Positions 1-11,120 of a DNA stretch of 64,000 nucleotides are shown in pieces (within the stretch, counting starts at the first letter, position 1; every line of letters begins with the position of its first letter). The position numbers and the translations under genes are program-made. The notes under the pieces are model-generated. The model ran no database searches, was not told the DNA's origin, and saw only the letters and a list, made by a program, of their open reading frames with translations. Source of the stretch: Amoebophrya sp. A120 (lineage: Eukaryota > Protista > Dinoflagellata); assembly GCA_905178155.1 (NCBI GenBank), contig CAJINV010000019.1, positions 564,475 through 628,474 of the forward strand, read 5' to 3'.

Positions 1-280
1 TCAAAGACCCGAAATTCGTCCCAGGATCAAAATACGAAACGAAAGCTCCACTTGTCACCGCCTGAAAGGTGTTTTATTTGTGGTCTCTCTCGCATGTTTT
101 GGAAAGGAGAGCTTTAAGCTATTTTCGTGTTGTTGTGAGCCTTTAATGATCGATTGGTACAGCAGTGAACTTAGTCAGGATTTAAGTAGGTTTTTAGATA
201 GTTTACATCCAACTCGAAAATCACGGATACTCAAGATATAGATCTTGTCTGTTCTGCTCACAAATAACGACAAGCACAAA

Positions 281-3200
281 ATGTCCATGACGGAAGAAGA
301 AGGAACTCGCGAGGCGCTGCGCCTCGCCCGCATGCAGGCGATGCTGGACAAGGGAGACGCTCCGGTCCAGGCGAAATATATGCGACATCAGGGGAAAGAC
401 CAAGCAACCGAAAAGGAAGCAGCAGCCCTCTCCTCGCCCACGACGCACGAGATGAAGCCGGCAGCTGCAAATGATGGAGAACAAAAGGGACAGTCCGAGT
501 CGTGTCCTCATCGCGACACCGCTGCCACGACACCTGCCACGGTCACAGAAGCAGCAAGCCAACAAGCGGGAAATATAGTTGTGGAGTCCTCCGTTCTGGC
601 CACCGATGGTACAGAACAGACTACATCTGCAAAGCCCGACGAAGGACAGCAGCAAGAAGCGGAGCCGCCGACGAAGAAGCGCAGAAAAAACGACAAGCGG
701 GGGCAGTACAAGAATAAGGAGAGGCAGCAGATGCAGAGAGAGGAGCGGAAATTCAACAACGTGGACCGGCTGCAGACGATTTGTCTCGAGCTCGCCTTCT
801 GGAACCGGTGCGAAAGCAGCGGATGCACACTCGGAAGTAGAGCAGCGCGGTGCCATTTGTCCGCACCGGAGGTTGATCTGTCAGGAACAACAGCCGGAAG
901 CTCCTGCAAAGATGGACAGGAACAGCAAGCCGGAAAGAGCCAACCAGAAGGGGGCAGTTGTAACACGACCAAAATCTGCCGGCGCAATCACGACATTGCG
1001 AAGAAGCTTCTGGAAATCAAACAGTGTGGCGGAATGCCGTATTCTTTGCCGGAGATGGCACAAGCCGCAGCTGAGGGAGCGGTTGAGGCGGGAACAGAGC
1101 CGATAGCTTTCACTGCGAAATCCACATCTTCGGGACTGGAAATGGCCGGCGAAAAGAAAGAGGACGTCGTGGAGATGGTCAGTACTGGCAATATCCCTTG
1201 TCTCGTCTACCGCACCAACGGGTTTTGTCCCGCTGGCGTGAACTGCTTGTGGGCCGGAGACCATGTGGATCTCAACACCGGGGAAAATCTCTTTGACTGG
1301 GACAAGATTGCGGCGAAGAAGGCGGAAATGGAGTTTGGGAAGGGAAGGGGCATGACATTGACAAATAGTTCGTCTTCACCTATTGGGAAAACTTCTGATA
1401 GTACCTCAGAAACGGGTTTAATATCCGAGTCGCAAAAGCAGAAGCAGCCGGACGAGTCCAGCACTGCTTCCCCCACGACGGCGTCGACAAAAACAGAAGA
1501 TTGCTCTTCACCGGAACATCACGCAGGAGAGGAAAATGTAGTTCAACAGAACCAAGACGCCACGAATCCTGCAGTTACGGGTGTAACAAAAACTTCCCGT
1601 GATATAATTATGCCAAAAAAATGTGAAGAAAAAAGTACATCCTCCAACATAATTTTCGACAAGCAAAAGGATCTGATTTCCTTCATCCGGAATGATTTGG
1701 GGTGTCTCTCCCTCCAGTCCGGTATTCACGAAACCAACCAGCTAAATGACGACATCCGGAACCAACTTCGGCGCAAGAAAATCGCATTTCCAAAAAGCGA
1801 CGAAGTGGTGGCGAAATTCCATTTACTGAGCAAAACGATGGACGACTCGGCGCTCTCCAATGTTGAGACAAAAAATTCATCAGAAACTGCGACAATAGAG
1901 GAAAAAGTTGACACGAATAATGAAAGTGGAGCAGCACCAGCAGGTGCGATTCGCGAAGGCGTACAAGGTATCATCGCAAACACAAGCGTCGACTCTACAG
2001 CAAACACCACAACCCCTACCTCTCCAACATCTCGGCTCGGCGCTGGTCTCGAGACTTCGGATCGGCTCCACGACTTGCCGCGGGAGCGCATCGAGAAAAA
2101 GAAGAAAATTTTCAACGCGAAGAAAATCCTCGCTCCACTGACGACCGTCGGCAACCTCCCCTTCCGCAGACTGTGTGTCGAGTTGGGTTGCGAGGTGACC
2201 ATGTCCGAGATGGCCTTGGCGGAATCGATATTGTATCCTGTGCAAAAGTATCGTACTCGTACGAATTGCAGGTATGCATGACAGATCTGGTTTCCTACCC
2301 AAATCTGCATTACAAATTCCAATTTTCTTCCTGATCAAATTTGTCATGCGATTTATACTAGTACGATACTTTTGCAATGCATATATTGCAGGGGAACAAC
2401 TCGGAACTCGCCATGCTCCGTCGACACCATATCAACTGTGAAAATGTAGTCTGGGTTTGGAAACTTGTGATGCAAGTCAGGGAAAAATGCGCACACTGTC
2501 ATGCACTGCAAGCATGACAAGGTTTTCCGTAGTTCAGTGTTGCGTAGTCCGCATTAGAAACTGCGTTTTTGCATGACAGGCAAGAGAAGCCCTTTGCGGC
2601 CACGCAAGACAGAGCTCAGAGTCATGCTGGACTAGCATGACAAATCCCGGAATCTTCCAGACCCAGACATTTTTGCACTTGATACACCACAGCGAGAAGC
2701 TGTTCGGAATCCAGATCACCTCCGGCTCGGCGGGGGCGATGACGAGGTGCGCGGAATTTTTGCAAAATAACACGGACTGCGACTGGATCGATATCAATGC
2801 CGCCTGTCCGTTGGATCAGCTGCACACGAAGGGCTGCGGGTCGATTTTAACGGTGAGGGAGAAAGCGTTGCGGCAGATGGTGTACGGAATGAGAACCGTT
2901 TTGCAGGATTCGAACACTTTGTTGTCGACAAAAATCCGGATAAGCCACTACGACAAGTGCGACCGGTACAACGCGCTGAAATTGTTGCCGAAATTGGCCC
3001 AGTGGGGGTCGGACGCCGCGATTCTGCACGGGAGAACCGCGAAACAGCGGTACACAAAATTGGCGAACTGGGACTACTTGAAGTCTTGTCATGCGGAATT
3101 GGGATCACAGAACTGCGAGTTGCCGTTGGTCGGCTGCGGGGACGTGCTGTCGTACGAGCAGTACGAGCGGTACTTGGAGGAAAACTACGTCGACAGCGTC

Positions 3201-3885
3201 ATGATTGGCCGGGGAGCGTTGATCAAGCCATGGGTACTATGCTCGTGGGGATTTTATCTAAGTGTGGTTTTAAGATGATGCGCTTTATTGCTTGTCGGTA
3301 GGTTGAGGTTCCCATGCTCATCTCGTCTCATCCATCTCCATTCATGTACAACCACTAAATTAATGTACGTGACGAGTGGTGTTTGTTCGTCTTCGAACAA
3401 CTTTCTGTGACGTGCACAAAATTTACGTATTCCAAAACACCAAACAGATATTCCAAGAGATAACCGAACGGCGGCACATCGACCTCCACGCGACCGAGCG
3501 GTTGGATCTTGTCAAGAAGTACTGCCAATACGGTTTGGAGCACTGGGGTTCGGACGAGCGGGGCAGGGACACGACGCGGAAATTTCTCCTGGAGTGGCTC
3601 TCCTTTTTCCACCGCTATCTCCCGGTTGGGTTGCTGGAGCGGGAGTATCAGGGAAAGATGACCATCAACATGCGGCCGCCGAAGAACTGCTTCGGCCGGG
3701 ACGATCTCGAGACGCTGTTGATGAGCGGACAGTGCGAAGACTGGGTGAAGATTTCGGAGATGTTCCTCGGGAAGTGCGGGAAGGGGTTTAGTTTCGTACC
3801 AAAGCACAAATCCGCCAGTTACGATAAAAGAGAGGGCGAAATCGGTGGTAGTGCTGCAGCTGCGCCGATCACAGCGTCGGGGTGA
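281..3885 (+). CDS. DUS3: tRNA-dihydrouridine(47) synthase, DUS3-like; interrupted by 2 introners and 1 GT-AG intron (3234-3447)
   Basis: Motifs [47 protein letters not shown] (rebuilt after removing the elements), [35 protein letters not shown]|[34 protein letters not shown]; Cys/His-rich zinc-finger-like N-terminal region. Confidence 0.93.
2234..2383. mobile_element. Introner family B (short, 150 bp)
   Basis: TATCCTGTGCAAAAGTATCGTACT...AGTACGATACTTTTGCAATGCATA; direct repeat TATTG on both sides; removal gives ESILQGNN. Confidence 0.92.
2430..2684. mobile_element. Introner family A (255 bp)
   Basis: TATCAA...GTCTGGG / CCAGACCCAGAC...TTGATA; direct repeat CACCA; removal gives [11 protein letters not shown]. 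Confidence 0.92.
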
Positions 3886-4291
3886 TGAAAAACAATAGGA
3901 TGGGAAATGCGACAAGTGAAGTACTATGCTGAAGAAAAATAATGACGAGGAAAGATGTTGAAGCGAGTTTAGTACGTAGATTCTTCAAACGACTTTATGT
4001 TCAATGCCTGAATTTTTACGACGGTGAGTAATATCACAGGGTGCTCGGAAGTGCTTACAAAGCTCCGGCTTCACGCAAACAAAACGACAGAGAGTCGCTT
4101 CCCGCCTATGTTCGGTTGTTGTCACAAGAAGAAAATCTATCCATGCAGAAAAACTCTCTTAGCCAACTTGGCTCTCTGTAATAGCCGCAGAGTAGAAGAA
4201 GTGACGAATCAGAGGGATAAGCACTTGGAGCGATACCGACAGTGAGAGGTTTGGTGCGTTTTTCACGTCTTTTGCGAAAAGAAGTTGGAAG

Positions 4292-7200
4292 ATGCTAAAA
4301 AAACCAAAAATGTCTACTTCAAAGATGTCGACGGCGTTTTCATCGTCTTTTTTCTCTGTGCTTTTCGTCTTTCTTTCTGCGCAGTTGGAGTTGTTCTCCA
4401 CAACCTACCACACCGGCGCAACCGCCTCGCCTCTGTTGCGGCCGCGGGAGCAGGAAGACCGAGATCATAATCGCCACGAGTACTACTCTTTGCCACCCCA
4501 TTTAGTTGTTCCGGGTGAGCAGTCTCCGTTGTCCTCCGCTCCGCCGGGCAGTAAGGCAGAAACGCTGGCTCGGGCGGCAGCCGCTGCCGCTCGCAGTTCT
4601 CCCGGGTCGAAGTCGCGGGCGTTTGAAAACCCGCATTCGATCATATCAGCACGTAGAAGTTCCTCGCACTGGCAAGAACATGACTTTCGGGACCGTACCG
4701 CGCGGTCGAGCTCCCCGACGGCCCCTTTAGTGCGGCACCAAGCGCTAGGCGGTAGTACAGACATCAACCGTGAGAGGTACTCCGGATCACCGCTGCGCCG
4801 TCTGATCCACCCGCAAATGTACCACTTTCTGCCCGGTGCAGGAGGAGGAGGTGCAGCGGCCGCCGCGGCACGAGTTGCAGCTTCCCAACAGCATCACCAT
4901 CGCAGACCTTCTGCTTCGCCATCGCCGCATTTAGTGGTCAACAGAGCCCCGCTGTTCTTTCCGGGGGGCGCTGTCGTTGGCCCCTCGGCCACCGCTGCTG
5001 CTGCTTTTCCCATCGGTGGGAGAAGAAGCGCGCCACCGCCCGTGATCCGCGAGGGCCGGGCGGTGTTGCACTCGCAAAGGCTGTACCGTACAGGAGATCA
5101 TGATTCTGGTACTGGTCGAGGTGGAAGACCAGAGAGGAAAGAAGAACAGCAGCAACAGCATCTTCTTCTCCCCAATGTCCGCTGCGTCCCGAGAACGGAT
5201 AACTTCCACTGTTCGCCTATGGAAGCGTCAGGATTGAAATCGTCAAAGTTGAAATAATTTGTGATGCATAAAATGCAGCCCACAGAGTGCCTGTCTTGCA
5301 GAGTAGGCAAGAAAGGCAGGAGATTGCAAGCCTGTTGAGGGGTAGAAGTAGAGCTGCTAAAGTAGCATGACAAAAGGCGTCTTCCTTACCCAAACAGCAT
5401 TGCAAACTCGATTTAGGCACCACCAAAACTTGTCATGCGCCACTTGAAAACTGGGCTCCAACTGGCATCCATTTTATGCATGACAAACTATTTCAACTCT
5501 GACGATTTCAAACCTGACACATCCATATCGCCCGACGGAAGAAAGGAACACCAGCACAAAGAACACAAGGAGCACAACATGCACAGGAAGTACAAGCCGA
5601 CCTATTCTCCGACGAAGCGCCCGCCCCTGCCGAGAAACGCAGACAGCACGAAAATGTTTTCCTGCAGGGAGAAGACAGTTTCTTGTTTAAGAGACAAGGT
5701 GTTCCAACGCCTGGCGGTCGTGCTTGGGTGCAGCATTCTGCTGCCCTTCGGACTGATCAAAGTGTTGAAGGAAAACGTGGAGGTAGAAAGACCACAGCAG
5801 TTTCTCATTCCGACGGATTGCAGCGGGTCGTTTTTCAACATCGCGGCGCCCTACGGAATCAAAAGCGGGCTGCCGGAAAGTGTCGAGCAGTATTTGGAGC
5901 AGTCCGGAGATTTCATGGCGGTGCAGGTGGCGCCGGTGCGGCTCTTCGATCGGACTGGACGTCGTGGTGGTTCTACGACATCAAGTGCTGCGGGTCATCG
6001 TTCGGACGATGAGCAAGGAAAAATTCCAGTTTTGCAGGTTGACGACTCGGAGGTCAAACTTGTGGCACCGTGGAACAGCAAACAGGGGAGCATCAATGGA
6101 GAAAAGAACCCGATAGGTATTTCTCCGTTCGACGTGGAATCCAACTGGAAATTTCTATTCGGCCGGATCGGATCGTGCGGGGAGGGGGACTCAACATTGT
6201 CCTCGGTGGGAGGTCAAGAGTCTTCATCGACTCCTCAAAGTACGCAAGCACCAGCGCCGTCTGAGCACCATTTTCTCGAACTTCTGCACCACGACAAGAA
6301 AAATCACGGCTCTTTCCGCCAGGTCTTCACCTGCGCGCGCGTGCAGATCCGCGAGCCGCGGAATTTTCACGAGGACGCGCCAAGCAACGACGCGGGGCGG
6401 TACGGCAGTGGGGAGGATGAAAATTTTGAGGACAATGCCTACCGGGTTCTCATTCCCGTCCCGATTGAAGACATTTGGGTGCCGGATGTGGTAGAAGTAC
6501 CTCCTCCGGGTGAAGAAGAAGAAGGAGGTCAAACTCAGCTTCAACAAACAGCTCCAGAACACCAGCAAGAAGAACCCTCCACAGTTCTCTCCTACGAAAA
6601 AGTGTGTCGCGACTTCGTACCGTTCCATGGTCAGATACTGGAAAAGTTGAACGAAAAATTGTGGAACGAGCATGAGGCCGCGGCAAAGCAGAAAAAGCTC
6701 GAGAAGGACGCGGAGGCGGATGGGGAAGTGAAAGCGCCTGGCTCTGCGGCCGCTGAAAGTCGTGAAATGAAAGAAGCTGGAGCAGCAACTGCAACTACTG
6801 CATCAAGTAGCAGTACTAGGAGCAAGACCGGCAGGAAAACCAGCGCTACCACACCCCCATCTGGCGAAGATGTTGCAAGAACTCCCGGCCTCCACGGGCT
6901 GCTGCATGATCCTGCCGAGGCGGTGTTTATGGACGACGTAAATGTTGTGGGGCTGGATGAAGTAGTAGAGGTTCAGAAGACCACAACAGCAACCACACCG
7001 GAACAACAATCCTCCGCAGAAGATCATGATCTTTCCTCTTTTCTCCGAAACGTCACCGACCTCGCCCCGATTTACGTGCTCCCGCGGATGTGGGGTATAA
7101 AATTCAAATATGTCTGGGTCTGGAAAGTTGGAACTTGTAATGCTGTCCTTACATGCCTGCAAAATCTGTATTGCATGATTAGCAAAAGGCGTAGCCTCTC

Positions 7201-8134
7201 TTGTCATACAAAACCGCAGTTTCTCATGCAGAGTGCCTATGAGAAAGCGTTCTGCAAACTTGTCATGCTTTCCTGCATAAGGAAGTGTTTCAATCATGCA
7301 CATTTTAGCATCACAAATTTCCAGACCCAGACATATTTGCAATGCATATGGGGGCTGCGCACCCAATTTTGCGAGTCGGATTTCCCCGCAGCGGGTGCGT
7401 ATCCTGTGCAAAAGTATCGTACTCGCATTGCAGTCATGCATTACAGATCTTTCACTTAAGGTAAATTCGCATTACAAATGTTATGTCTCATGCTGAGGAA
7501 ATTTTTAATGCATTTATACGAGTGCGATACTTTTGCAATTCATAGCGCGGCGGATATCACCATTGATAAAGCCGTAACGGACAAGCTAGGGACGTGGGGG
7601 TGGGGGGAAAAGAGGAGAAGCTGGAAAAGCAACGCAGCGACCACGACATCAGCTCCGTTGCAAAAACCTTTTTTGCAACGGTCGGGACGACTTTCTGCCG
7701 CTGAAGGTGGTACAACAGTGAACGTGAGCAAATTATCTTCGGGTAATGCTCATGCAAAATCAGCGTCGGGCTCCTCGTCCTCAAGAACAAAATCGGTGGA
7801 ACTCAATTTCTACAAGTTCACCCCGAACCAACCGCAAGTGCCCGGTCAGCCGAACCCCAATCCCTTCAACCTCCGAACGAGTTATTTTTTCTGTTACAAC
7901 GACTACGGGACGCCACATTGGCGAGCTCACGTGCCCCACTCCGACTACGGAAGTTTCGCGCCCTCCTGGTTCTCCGACCCGGGCAAAGGCGCGTGGCCGC
8001 CGTTGTCCAGGCAATTTTTACACTCGAAGAATTCCGAGAGTGGGCAGTTGGACTGGAAATCGGTAGACGATTTTGGGGAGGAGGAGGGGCCGGAGTTTAG
8101 GGTGGTACAGCAGAGTGGAGGTCGATCCGGGTAA
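4292..8134 (+). CDS. Hypothetical protein with hydrophobic N-terminal segment and one internal TM-like segment; 3 introners
   Basis: ORFs 4292, 5435 and 7478 join in frame when elements plus 5 nt are removed (HCSPDGR, MWGLR, AGAADI); no family recognised. Confidence 0.6.
5218..5527. mobile_element. Introner family G (310 bp)
   Basis: TATGGAAGCGTCAGGATTGAAATCGTCAAAGTTGAAATA...TATTTCAACTCTGACGATTTCAAACCTGACACATCCATA; direct repeat TCGCC. Confidence 0.9.
7096..7348. mobile_element. Introner family A (253 bp)
   Basis: TAT...TGTCTGGGTCTGGAA / TTCCAGACCCAGACA...ATA; direct repeat TGGGG. Confidence 0.9.
7400..7544. mobile_element. Introner family B (145 bp)
   Basis: Family B TIRs; imperfect direct repeat GTGCG/GCGCG; removal of element plus 5 nt restores frame. 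Confidence 0.88.
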
Positions 8135-8819
8135 AGGAAACAGAAGGTAGATTTTTGCGTTGTGTGGAGGTTTTTAGGGATTTATATATAGGCTTTCGTT
8201 GTGTGTTTGCCAAAATGAAAATCAATCAGTCGTTTGCGAAAAACAGAACAACTTCATTTTCGAGAATACAAGCGAACAACAACAAGGGCGCGGTTTTGTA
8301 ATAGAAATAATAAAGCAAGAACGTATTGCGAAATGTAAAGAACAACATATCAGAAAAAAGAAACTTGTCATACGTTTTGGAAAACGTATTCGATTGTGTC
8401 TTTGTGCAGGCAATCTAAAATAGTGGACATCAGAGGTCGTTGTACACGACCTACATCCTTCTGTAAAAACCTGCAGAACGCCGACCGCTTTCGTTGGCTG
8501 TTGTGGTGTTCCGCAACTCATGGCACTTTTTCGGTGCTGATTATCTCTGCAACAGCACCCAAAATCTGTTGCTGGTGTGGTGAAGGGAGGATCGTGCTTA
8601 ATATTCTGGAGTCTGACTTCTTCCACTTGGCTACCAGGACCCAAATCGCCTCTTTCTTCTTTGTTCTCCACTACAGCACGGCTTATATTCACGTCGGTTC
8701 TAGTACTTTCCGCATGTGCTTCTCCACCGGCCGTTTGCGGCAAGTTGTTTAGTACTGCTACTGTACCCTAGAGTCGCTTTGAATAAATGAATTGATGTTA
8801 AATTAGTAACGATCACACT

Positions 8820-9959
8820 ATGCCAATCGACGCCCTGTTTGTTAGTCACGGGGGTGGGCCGCTCCCGCTCCTCGGCGACCCAAACCACGCCGAACTTGTT
8901 GCCACACTGGAAAAACTCGGAGAGAAGCTACGCGAGGAGCAGACGGCGAGGACAGCAAATCCAAATGATCCGCCCCCAATAAAGCCGATCGACGTAGTCG
9001 TTCTCATCTCCGCGCACCATGAGGAAGCGGTTTGCACGGTGCAAGCGGAGCAGGGGGACAGTGGAAGGGGATCGGTAGTGGAGAAAACTACATTACCTGG
9101 AGCTATCGACAGCGACAAGAACCATCATCCACCTCCCCTCCTCTACGACTACTACGGCTTTCCTCCCGAAGCATACAACGTTTCCTTCCCCGGTTCATTC
9201 CGGGGCGCGAGTATTGCGGAGGCGGAGGAGATTCGGGCAATTTTGGAACAAGAGGAAGCGACAGGAGATCATCCGAATTTCAAAGTCGTCGTCGCGCCAC
9301 CTAGCCGGGGGTTCGACCATGGGGTCTTCGTGCCCCTCAAAGTGATGAAGTTTTCCGAAGCGATTTCGCGTTTTTCCAAAAATGGTGGAGAGCAGAAACA
9401 GAATGAGCAGAAACAGCACGAGGACCACGTCCTCATCGTGCAAGTTTCTCTTCTGAAAGATCTGTCCCTCGAATCCCACGCGTCACTTGGAAGACGATTG
9501 GGTAGGCTGCAAAACGTGTTTCTGGAGAAGAAGCAGAAGAGAGTTCTGATCCTCGGCTCGGGGATGAGTTTTCATAACATGCAGGCTTTTTTCTCCTCAT
9601 CGAGGGAGAAATTGAAATGGAAAGAAACGAGCGAGAAGATGCAGGAAGAGCTGGTAAAGGCGGTGCGGGAGCATATGAGGTTGACCACAGAAGCAGAACT
9701 AGATCCAGCAAGAAGTACCGAGAAGTGGTCGCAACATGAAGCTTGTCAAGAAGAAAACTGGAAATCGCTTTTCCGCCAGCCGCTTGTCAAGGAATCGCAC
9801 CCGCGTTTAGAGCACTTACTGCCCCTCGTGGTCACTTGTTTTGCGGCGGGGTGTCGCGGGAAAAGCGGGAAGCAAGTTTCAATCGAGGAGTTTTCGGGCG
9901 GGTTAATGGGAGGGCTAGTGTTTGGACATTGGGTTTTTTCGAGTTCTTGTGCCGCTTGA
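8820..9959 (+). CDS. Class III extradiol ring-cleavage dioxygenase (LigB / DOPA 4,5-dioxygenase / YgiD family), intronless
   Basis: Motifs FVSHGGGP, LISAHHE, YDYYGFP, RGFDHGVFVPL, ILGSGMSFHN, HPRLEHLLPL. Confidence 0.9.
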   Translation: MPIDALFVSHGGGPLPLLGDPNHAELVATLEKLGEKLREEQTARTANPNDPPPIKPIDVVVLISAHHEEAVCTVQAEQGDSGRGSVVEKTTLPGAIDSDKNHHPPPLLYDYYGFPPEAYNVSFPGSFRGASIAEAEEIRAILEQEEATGDHPNFKVVVAPPSRGFDHGVFVPLKVMKFSEAISRFSKNGGEQKQNEQKQHEDHVLIVQVSLLKDLSLESHASLGRRLGRLQNVFLEKKQKRVLILGSGMSFHNMQAFFSSSREKLKWKETSEKMQEELVKAVREHMRLTTEAELDPARSTEKWSQHEACQEENWKSLFRQPLVKESHPRLEHLLPLVVTCFAAGCRGKSGKQVSIEEFSGGLMGGLVFGHWVFSSSCAA

Positions 9960-9992
9960 TGACGACGAAAAATATATAGCCTTCTGCTTTTC

Positions 9993-10629
9993 TATGACAC
10001 GCCCAACGTACCCAAAGGCCTTTTACCCAGGGGGGATCAAGAAAAAAATTTCAGCTTAGAAGCAGATCGCTATTTCTGACGTAACTACTTGATCTTGTTG
10101 AGCTAGGTACTCATTTGAAAAGCTAGCTAAAAAAGGCGCGGTTGCATGGTGAAAGGAGCCCAGAAGTGGACTCTCCTGGTCCACGGATTCGATTTGCTAC
10201 GATTCTCTTTTGACAAAGTAGACGCCTTGCAATTTTTTGAAATGCTCCCCCTACAGGAGATCCCCCTTAAGCGATCCCCATCAGCTGCAGAGTTTCGGAG
10301 GCCTCGCCCCGTCGGTCTTGGAGAAAAATATCACCCCCATGCAAAAGCAATAGCTCGCCCGGCCTGGCGATGCTTTGCATAACACGCGTCGCCTCCAGGC
10401 ATCAACTTCCCTCGGCCCATGAATTCGCAGGCGAATCCATGGTCCAAGAGATGTCCATGTGGGTCCCTTCAAACATTCAAAAGAGCCCTACTTGGCTATC
10501 TGAATTCGTCAGCATATTGAAAAGCAGCTCACTTAAACATGCACCTTTTAATGCTCTATTACACTTGCTAAAAAAATTTTTTTTAACCCCCATGGGATTT
10601 AGGCCTCTGGGTACGTTGGGCGTGTCATA
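9993..10629. mobile_element. Long TAT...ATA MITE (637 bp), intergenic or 3' UTR
   Basis: 29-bp TIR with 1 mismatch: TATGACACGCCCAACGTACCCAAAGGCCT / AGGCCTCTGGGTACGTTGGGCGTGTCATA; flanking duplication degenerate. Confidence 0.8.
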
Positions 10630-11120
10630 TATTTCTTCTTGCGTTTCCAAATCTGTGTGTAAGATGCAACCCAGTCCCACATCGGAACTTCTGTTTCTCA
10701 ATTAAAATTCGGACTGTCTGGTGCCTGTGCTGGTAGGGGGTAGAAAGATCGATGAAACGATAAAGGTAACTGTGGTGACCGTGGCGCTGTTCGTCAATGC
10801 CGTGCCGACTGTGCTGCTGCTTTCTGACAAATAGTTGTACCTATGAGGGGATAAATCAACTGAGAGATGTGACCATATGCTGCATGATGTCGTGCAGCTT
10901 CTATCTAAGATCAGAGAGAGCAAAAAAACTTGTAGTGCGTTAAGTCCCTTTGCGGGTTGTTCCTGAGAAGTGTATTCTAAATGTGTTTTGAAGATGATGT
11001 TGAACACGTTCAAGAGCGGCCGGCGAGGTGATTTTCTATCACTCAAAGATGAACGAAGTGCCGCTAAGCAGGAAGACGAAGAATTGAATCATACTATAAA
11101 TAGCCAAAGTACAAAAGAAA

